Shown: in pieces, positions 57,517 to 64,000 of the stretch
How the letters are laid out: every line of letters begins with the position of its first letter
Position numbering within the stretch: position 1 is the stretch's first letter
Origin: Nitrosopumilus sp.
Lineage (GTDB): Archaea; Thermoproteota; Nitrososphaeria; Nitrososphaerales; Nitrosopumilaceae
Length of the DNA: 64,000 nucleotides
Assembly (NCBI GenBank): GCA_965207445.1
Contig: CBDBLX010000002.1
Coordinates: 1,751,849 to 1,815,848, forward strand
Direction of reading: 5' to 3'
Made by a program: the position numbers and the translations under genes
The notes under the pieces: model-generated
Databases searched by the model: none
The model's input: the letters and a program-made list of their open reading frames with translations, nothing else
What the model was told of the DNA's origin: nothing

Positions 57517-57788
57517 GCCCTCACATATTACCACCGTTTAACACGGCATTATTTCACAAATTACATAATGCTTGAGTATGGTTACAGAGATATCTGTAGT
57601 TACAGACATATATAAATAAAAAATCATACAGAGAAAACTAGACGACGTGATTAAACACGAGGCATATAGACATTAGTGAACATATTAGTATAATTTATAT
57701 CAAAACAAAAAACCAAAACAAAATATCAAAACAAAAAAACAATACAGAAAACCAAAACATCAAAAATAACATCAATTGTTACAACATT

Positions 57789-58214
57789 GTGAAAACAGAG
57801 AAAAAGAGATGGATCTTGTCAATTACACCACAAATCTGGAACATTACAGAAAAACGAAAAATGTATGCGGCCACAACAAAAACAGAAGTTTTGCGTGTCA
57901 AAAACAGAGACTTTGTGATATTTTACATACTTGGCACAGGCAAATTCAACGGCACATATGAGATCAAATCAAAATGGCGTGAACCATCTAAGAAATGGCC
58001 CATTCGTGTCACAGATGAAGTAGACTTGTCAGTCATCAAGATTGGAACTGTAAATGCACGTAATTTAGCGCCATCATTAGAATTTGTAAAAAAGAGCAAG
58101 TGGATTGGACTACACCTGCACAGTGGATTGGCAAACTATGGAAATCCCATAACTGCTAAAGATTACAAAACAATATCAAAGAATATGAAACACAATCCAA
58201 AATTATTTACATAA
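57789..58214 (+). CDS. EVE/PUA-like domain protein
   Basis: WIL..WNI..RVKNRDFVIFY; LEFVKKSKW; ITAKDY pattern. Confidence 0.7.
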   Translation: MKTEKKRWILSITPQIWNITEKRKMYAATTKTEVLRVKNRDFVIFYILGTGKFNGTYEIKSKWREPSKKWPIRVTDEVDLSVIKIGTVNARNLAPSLEFVKKSKWIGLHLHSGLANYGNPITAKDYKTISKNMKHNPKLFT

Positions 58215-58330
58215 TTATATAAAACACATGTACATATCTTATTTTAAAATATTATATATACATATTTTATTTTCATGCACAAATTTCCATACTCAATAAC
58301 ATTACAAGTCACATTATAGTAGGAATTGGC

Positions 58331-59200
58331 TCAAGAAGGTTTGTAGTCTTTTGTACTATCAACAATTGATCTTGCATGTGCATCGGCTCTTTGTAATATT
58401 GCCTCTATTGTATCATCAGTGATAAATCCAGACTCAACTGAGAGTGAGCGGGCATGTTGAGAAGCCTTTGTTAGTATGGCAGATACATTTTCAGGTGTCA
58501 CAAATGCAGCTTCTATTGAGAGTGATACTGCCTCTTGGTGTGCAAGTGAGATGGCATCTCTGAATGAATCCACATCAATAGTCAAGTCATCAGCAGTGTA
58601 AAATATTCCATCCTCTAGCGCCACATATAGTGATATGCCAGCCTCAACAGGTTTTATGTCAATCTTGCCAAGTATAGATGCCAATTTCTCGTTGATGACC
58701 TCACCCTTTTGTACAGGCGTTGTGTCACGAGATATCCATATTGTGCCTTGATCAATTTTAGTTGGTATTCCTGCCTCTTTGAACTCTGTTAGCATTGGAC
58801 CAGGTGCAATACCAGTGTTCATCTCTGGCACAACTACATCAATACTAGAAACATCACCACCACGAGCAGCCATCATTATCTTGTTTTTTGCAAGCAGTAT
58901 GTTGAGTTTGAACGGTGACATATCAGTGAACATAAACATACACTGGCCAGCAAGTTCCTTTGAGATATCCGGTAACCCCCGTATATCACTTAACCCTTCA
59001 AATGCTTTTTTTGCCACCTTGTCTTTGATATTTACAAACAGTACCGTATCTTTGAGTGTCTTGCGCAACGGCAGTATCTGTACACCACGAACTTTGTCAA
59101 GTTTTACCAAGGCCATTACTTTGTGTTTTTTTGGTAGTGCCTGTAGCTGCTGATACATCTGAGTCTTTTTTGGCGAATATCGCGTTCTATTCTCATGCAA
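58331..59200 (-). CDS. rpl10: 50S ribosomal protein L10 (P0)
   Basis: NTGIAPGP..GIPTKIDQGTI; follows rpl1. Confidence 0.96.
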   Translation of the reverse strand: MHENRTRYSPKKTQMYQQLQALPKKHKVMALVKLDKVRGVQILPLRKTLKDTVLFVNIKDKVAKKAFEGLSDIRGLPDISKELAGQCMFMFTDMSPFKLNILLAKNKIMMAARGGDVSSIDVVVPEMNTGIAPGPMLTEFKEAGIPTKIDQGTIWISRDTTPVQKGEVINEKLASILGKIDIKPVEAGISLYVALEDGIFYTADDLTIDVDSFRDAISLAHQEAVSLSIEAAFVTPENVSAILTKASQHARSLSVESGFITDDTIEAILQRADAHARSIVDSTKDYKPS

Positions 59201-59861
59201 ATTTCTTCTTAACCTCTTGTACTTGTTTTACAGGTTTGCCCATAGTAGTCTTTACCATGACACGCTTTACATTTTTCTCCCCATTAGGTAGCTTTCGCTC
59301 AACAGAACTCAATACAGTATGTGCATTTATTGCCAAGTCAGAATCACTCATAGTTTCATCTCCAATCTTACAAGACAGTGAAAGAGACGCCCTAGTCCTT
59401 ACTCGAATAGATGTTTTGAATCGTTCAAGAAAAGACTCTATTGGTGCATTAAATGGAACAGGTGTTGGCATCTTGCCACGAGGACCTAATAGTTGCCCAA
59501 GTGTCTTTCCCACAACAGGCATCATTTTAGTATCTGCCAAAAAGAAATCATATTTATTAATAAATTTGCGTGACTCTCGTTTGTTTGTTACAAACTTACC
59601 TAACTCATCATCACCCACTACAGCATCTGCATTTGCCTGTTTTGCCTTTTCACCCATATCACCACCTGCAATAACACACACAGTGGCAGGTGAACTTGTC
59701 TTTGGTAGTTGTACAGTCTCATTTAATGCAAATCCTTTTTTGACATCAATATCCTTAAATGATACTACCAATTCTACTGATTGTTTGAAATTTCGCTTCT
59801 TTTTTTCAGTAGACGCTTTGGCATCTTTTATCATCTCAGAGAGTTGTGATTCTGTAATCAA
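59193..59861 (-). CDS. rpl1: 50S ribosomal protein L1
   Basis: RNFKQSVEL; LGPRGKMP; KTTMG. Confidence 0.97.
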   Translation of the reverse strand: MITESQLSEMIKDAKASTEKKKRNFKQSVELVVSFKDIDVKKGFALNETVQLPKTSSPATVCVIAGGDMGEKAKQANADAVVGDDELGKFVTNKRESRKFINKYDFFLADTKMMPVVGKTLGQLLGPRGKMPTPVPFNAPIESFLERFKTSIRVRTRASLSLSCKIGDETMSDSDLAINAHTVLSSVERKLPNGEKNVKRVMVKTTMGKPVKQVQEVKKKFA

Positions 59862-59935
59862 TACGAGCAGTTGACATTGTACCTATTAAAAACCCTTGAT
59901 TAGTAATAAATAGATCACATAACAGATTTATAGTA

Positions 59936-61306
59936 GTGTGTAGTCGAGATTTTGTGGAAAAGGGTGCAAAATATGGTGCCATTATAGGTATAATTGCAGT
60001 GATAATAGGTATCGGAATAACAGCATCAATACTAACTCCTGGAGACGATAGTATGGATACGACACCAGTAGGAATAGTGGATGATAATATGGATACGACA
60101 CCAGTAATGAGTGGTGGTGATGATAATAATGATAATAATGAGGCGGTTATGCCGGACAATGAAACAACACAGATAACAGAAGTCAATGTAGGTGTGTTGG
60201 TTCCTATAACAGGTGATCTTTCAAGTTATGGATTTGACAACAAGATAGGATATGAGATGGCTCTAGAAGATCTTAATTCCCATTTGTCACAAAAGGATGC
60301 AGATTGGCGTATGAAACTAGTAATTGAGGATACACAAACAGATCCAATAATTGCACTTGAAAAGACTCAATCGTTGGATTCTAAAGGGATAAAATACATA
60401 CTAGGTCCAGCATCAAGCGCCGAGATCCGTAACATGATGGCATATGCAAACTCAAATGACATACTCATACTCTCACCATCATCAACATCACCAAAGCTAG
60501 CAATACCTAATGATAACATATACAGATTTGTCTCAGACGACAGTAGACAAGGTGGAGTAATTGCATCATTGCTAGAACAATCAGGTATCAAAGTAATGGT
60601 AACCGTATACAGAGGTGACATATGGGGTGATGGAATGTATGAGAATACAAAAAGAGAATTCGAACAAAAAGGTGGAATTGTAACAGAACCAATACGCTAT
60701 TCACCAGAAGTGACTATATTCTCTACAGAGACTGATGTGCTCTCAGGTATAGTTGATGATCTACTCAAAGAATATGACGCAAGTGAGATTGCAATATTCT
60801 TGGTCAGTTTTGATGAAGGTGCATTACTCTTTAATTCTGCTTCCCAGTATGAGAGTTTACGTGCAGTGCAATGGATAGGATCAGAGGGACTCACGGCATC
60901 TTTTGCAGTTATTGACAACAAACAGGCATCGAATTTTGCAACAGATGTCAATCTCTTGTCAATACAATTCTCTGCTGCAGATAATCCCATATACCACAAA
61001 GCAAGTGAGAGATACAAGGAAATGGTAGGTGATGTACCAGGCAACAACTACATGTATGCTTCATACGATAGTTTGTGGGTACTAGGGCTTGCAATGGATG
61101 AGGTTGGATTTGAGTCACAAGACATCAATATGCAACTCCCACAAGCAACTATGCAGTATGTAGGCGCACTTGGCAACATAACCCTAAATGCAGCAGGAGA
61201 TCTTGACATTGCAAATTATGAATTTTTAACAATTAAAAATGACAAATGGATACCATCGATCAAATACGATGCAGAAACAGATACCATATCTGTTATTGGG
61301 CAATAA
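59936..61306 (+). CDS. ABC transporter substrate-binding protein (branched-chain amino acid/ANF type)
   Basis: N-terminal anchor, VGVLVPITG, LGPASS, SPSSTSP, YASYDS. Confidence 0.88.
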   Translation: MCSRDFVEKGAKYGAIIGIIAVIIGIGITASILTPGDDSMDTTPVGIVDDNMDTTPVMSGGDDNNDNNEAVMPDNETTQITEVNVGVLVPITGDLSSYGFDNKIGYEMALEDLNSHLSQKDADWRMKLVIEDTQTDPIIALEKTQSLDSKGIKYILGPASSAEIRNMMAYANSNDILILSPSSTSPKLAIPNDNIYRFVSDDSRQGGVIASLLEQSGIKVMVTVYRGDIWGDGMYENTKREFEQKGGIVTEPIRYSPEVTIFSTETDVLSGIVDDLLKEYDASEIAIFLVSFDEGALLFNSASQYESLRAVQWIGSEGLTASFAVIDNKQASNFATDVNLLSIQFSAADNPIYHKASERYKEMVGDVPGNNYMYASYDSLWVLGLAMDEVGFESQDINMQLPQATMQYVGALGNITLNAAGDLDIANYEFLTIKNDKWIPSIKYDAETDTISVIGQ

Positions 61307-61435
61307 TAGTACAACAACGTTTTGCAGTAGTACTGTTAATAATAATAACAACAACATATGAAAGATGAAACATATGTACATTGTAAATCAATCCAAATGA
61401 CAATAGATTTATTCACATAAAAGACACCACACATA

Positions 61436-62029
61436 ATGAAAAAAGACGAAATTGCACTAAAATATGTAAAAGTAGAACTAGATCACATAATGAAAGTTTT
61501 TGAGGATAATCATGCAGACCGAGAGGCCCTGATCAAAGATATCAGACAGACACTAAACTTGTGCAGTCGATCTATCATATCAGTACATAGAGGTCAAATA
61601 GAACAGGGAATCAAACAATTCCAAAAAGCACAAAAGTTATTAAAAGAACACAAAAAAAAGTCTACAGCAGACCAGAGTACACAAATTTCAATAGTAGAGC
61701 AAGAGATAACAGAAGCCGCATGTATACTGGCAATTATTCAAAAAAAGAGCATTCCTACATCAAAGTCATTGCAAGTCTCCAAAACAACATATGTGTTAGG
61801 GTTGCTTGATGCAATAGGAGAATTAAAACGACTGACACTCAATATGATACGAACAAAAAAGTATACAGAGGCAATACGAATATTTGACATTGCAGTTGAG
61901 TTGTACGATGAGCTAGCAGGCTTTTCAGTTTATTCTAATAGTGTCAAGGACATTAGAAAAAAAGTAGATGTTGCAAGGATTGTAATAGATGGGATGAGTC
62001 CAACAATTGTATCGATAGATACAGAGTAG
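61436..62029 (+). CDS. Translin-family RNA-binding protein
   Basis: EQEITEA; YVLGLLDAIGELKR; RKKVDVAR. Confidence 0.85.
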   Translation: MKKDEIALKYVKVELDHIMKVFEDNHADREALIKDIRQTLNLCSRSIISVHRGQIEQGIKQFQKAQKLLKEHKKKSTADQSTQISIVEQEITEAACILAIIQKKSIPTSKSLQVSKTTYVLGLLDAIGELKRLTLNMIRTKKYTEAIRIFDIAVELYDELAGFSVYSNSVKDIRKKVDVARIVIDGMSPTIVSIDTE

Positions 62030-62138
62030 ACAACAAAGAGAATTACAAAAATCATAATAATGTAAGATAGAATATTGAAAATTAATTAATTTTGTTGTAA
62101 AAACTTAGATATATTAATACATCATACCATATCAAGAT

Positions 62139-62654
62139 ATGAAGCACTTTGATGATTTGGATATGAAGTTATTGTACGAACTTACAATTGATAGTTCGAT
62201 ATCTGTTCCAATCTTGGCAAAAAAGATCGACATTAACACTTCAGTGCTGTATAGTAGAATAAAGCGTCTTGTTCGAAAAGGATTGATCAAAAAGTTCACC
62301 ATCGTAGTAGATGACAAGTTACTAGGCATAGGTGTAAAGGCATCAGTTGGTGCAAAACGAGATCCAAAGTTCAAAGATGACATACACAAAGAGTTGATGA
62401 AGACTCAAGAAGTCACATCAATATCAGAGGTCACTGGGAGGTTTGATATTATGATCAATGTACATGCAAAGAATCTTGAAGAGTTACACTCTATAGTAAT
62501 AAGAAAGATAGGAAAGATACCAGGCATACATAACACAGAGACGTTAGTTGAGTTGCAAAATACAGAAAAGGCTCCTAGTTATTTATTAGATCATACAAGT
62601 GATTCAGTAAAACAGAGAGATAAAGAAGAAGAAGAAGAAGAAGAAGAAGAATAG
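62139..62654 (+). CDS. Lrp/AsnC family transcriptional regulator
   Basis: DDLDMKLL..HTH..RIKRL..GLIK; VTGRFD; poly-E tail from (GAA)n. Confidence 0.92.
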   Translation: MKHFDDLDMKLLYELTIDSSISVPILAKKIDINTSVLYSRIKRLVRKGLIKKFTIVVDDKLLGIGVKASVGAKRDPKFKDDIHKELMKTQEVTSISEVTGRFDIMINVHAKNLEELHSIVIRKIGKIPGIHNTETLVELQNTEKAPSYLLDHTSDSVKQRDKEEEEEEEEE

Positions 62655-62685
62655 TGGTAGTGACAGTAAAAAGAAGAATACATTA

Positions 62686-63174
62686 TCAGTCACTAGACGC
62701 AAACTTTGCATCCCATGTGCCATCATTAATCTCAGATGTAATCTCCTTTGGTGTTTTGCCCTCTATCTTTATACCTAATGCAAGACATGTGCCAACAATA
62801 GTTAGGGTGACTGATTTCAGTGAACTTGCATATGATGTGTCAAGTTTGGTTTTTGCGACTTTGATTACAGAATCTATTGTAATCTCACCTGCCCACTCAG
62901 TACCAGATGCACCTGATCCCTTTTGAATACCTGCTTCTTTGAGTATCAATGCAGATGCAGAAGGTATGCCAATCTCGATCTCGTACTTTTTAGTATCACT
63001 ATCAACAATTACCGTCACGGGCACCTTCATGCCTTCAAAGTCTTTGGTCTTTTCATTTATTGCGCCTATCACTTCCATGATATTGACACCAAGCGGCCCC
63101 AATGCAGGTCCAAGTGGTGGTCCTGCAGATGCCGCTCCTCCTGTAACCAATGAAGAAACTTTTTGCTCACCCAT
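62686..63174 (-). CDS. rpl11: 50S ribosomal protein L11
   Basis: GPPLGPALGPLGVN; VGTCLALGI. Confidence 0.97.
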   Translation of the reverse strand: MGEQKVSSLVTGGAASAGPPLGPALGPLGVNIMEVIGAINEKTKDFEGMKVPVTVIVDSDTKKYEIEIGIPSASALILKEAGIQKGSGASGTEWAGEITIDSVIKVAKTKLDTSYASSLKSVTLTIVGTCLALGIKIEGKTPKEITSEINDGTWDAKFASSD

Positions 63175-63207
63175 TATTGCATCACCATATAGGAAAAATT
63201 TAACTCT

Positions 63208-63672
63208 TTATGAACCCACAGCCTGTGAGAGTTTTAGATAGTTTGCATCAACTGTGACGGGTAGTTGATATGCAGCATCAAGTAGTACTACAGTGGCTTC
63301 CTCTTTTTCAACATCTAGTCTTGTGATAGTAGCCTTCATACCCTTGAATGGACCGCCGGTTATCTCGATAACATCATCTATCTTGAGTTGAGATATGGTG
63401 GACTTTTTGACCAAATATCCTTCAATGTCTTTAAATTCAAGTTCACCTCTCAACTGGCCTCGTATATGTCGGATACCGTCAACTGCCATAAATGCATCTG
63501 ATGGCTCAACTGCCTCAATTACAACATATCCCTTGAGATTATCAACCAATAAAACTGACTGTACATTGACCTTGTTTGCATTAACTTTGGCCTCCAATAG
63601 ACGCATTACCATCTTTTCTTGACCACCGGTTGTTCGGATTGCAAATAAGTGAGGTTTGTTTTCATCAGACAT
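63208..63672 (-). CDS. spt5: Transcription elongation factor Spt5/NusG
   Basis: TTGGQE, LKGYV, KOW motif GGPFKG. Confidence 0.96.
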   Translation of the reverse strand: MSDENKPHLFAIRTTGGQEKMVMRLLEAKVNANKVNVQSVLLVDNLKGYVVIEAVEPSDAFMAVDGIRHIRGQLRGELEFKDIEGYLVKKSTISQLKIDDVIEITGGPFKGMKATITRLDVEKEEATVVLLDAAYQLPVTVDANYLKLSQAVGS

Positions 63673-63675
63673 TTT

Positions 63676-63855
63676 TTATCTACCAAACGTAATTACTGAA
63701 AATACAAACTGTATTATGAATCCTATAGTACCAACACCTGCAATACCAAGTAAGACAAGTCTTAGATGTTGTTGATACTCGTCTTTGTCAGGCTTTTTGG
63801 CCATCTTCATGGTATTTGCCATATTTTTCAAAGTCACACGTGGATTAAATCTCAA
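63676..63855 (-). CDS. secE: Protein translocase subunit SecE/Sec61-gamma (not in the ORF track)
   Basis: 59 aa, KKPDKDEY followed by a TM helix; upstream of spt5-rpl11. Confidence 0.9.
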   Translation of the reverse strand: MRFNPRVTLKNMANTMKMAKKPDKDEYQQHLRLVLLGIAGVGTIGFIIQFVFSVITFGR

Positions 63856-64000
63856 TGCAGTAAATTAATAGGGTTTACTTATATCTCTTGTTTATGGAGT
63901 TGTTGATTGCATTTGATGGTGATGATGCGGCAAGTCGCATGGCAGCACGTATGGCATTGCATATGGAACGTGACCATATTAGTGGTAGCAGTGGTAACAA

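Overview
This is a 64-kb archaeal chromosome segment. Its gene set (TFB, aIF1/SUI1, tRNA splicing endonuclease, L10e, L30e-NusA-S12-S7, DnaJ-ferredoxin, archaeal LeuRS/AlaRS, L1/L10/L11/L12, Spt5, SecE, XPB-Bax1) fits Nitrososphaerota (Nitrosopumilaceae). Microsatellite inserts in core genes, pseudogenes and many mobile elements suggest a host-associated, possibly sponge-symbiotic, lineage (inference). An AT-rich housekeeping backbone is interrupted by five accessory regions. (1) 1-6.9 kb: MITE/IS66 debris plus a Type ISP restriction-modification gene whose target-recognition region has two tandem modules separated by a (GCCA)20 tract; the segment after the tract is open in two frames, so repeat number predicts three different products. 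(2) 14.3-17.1 kb: a GC-rich relic island with an integrase fragment, an intact Panacea-like antitoxin and a doubly frameshifted RelE-like toxin. (3) 29.6-32.1 kb: an intact single-ORF IS66-family element. (4) 36.7-41.6 kb: a GC-rich adhesin-like gene with a G11 tract, bracketed by ISH3-type sequences. (5) 48.2-56.2 kb: an 8-kb island bounded by 114-bp inverted repeats with no transposase, carrying three 2H-phosphoesterase fusions (two fused to a metallophosphoesterase, one catalytically altered and fused to a duplicated AAA+ ATPase) and a CAP-domain gene. Four MITE-like repeat families, two tRNAs (one with two introns) and an unannotated 44-aa metallothionein-like ORF were also found. All protein calls rest on motif recognition by eye; no searches were run.
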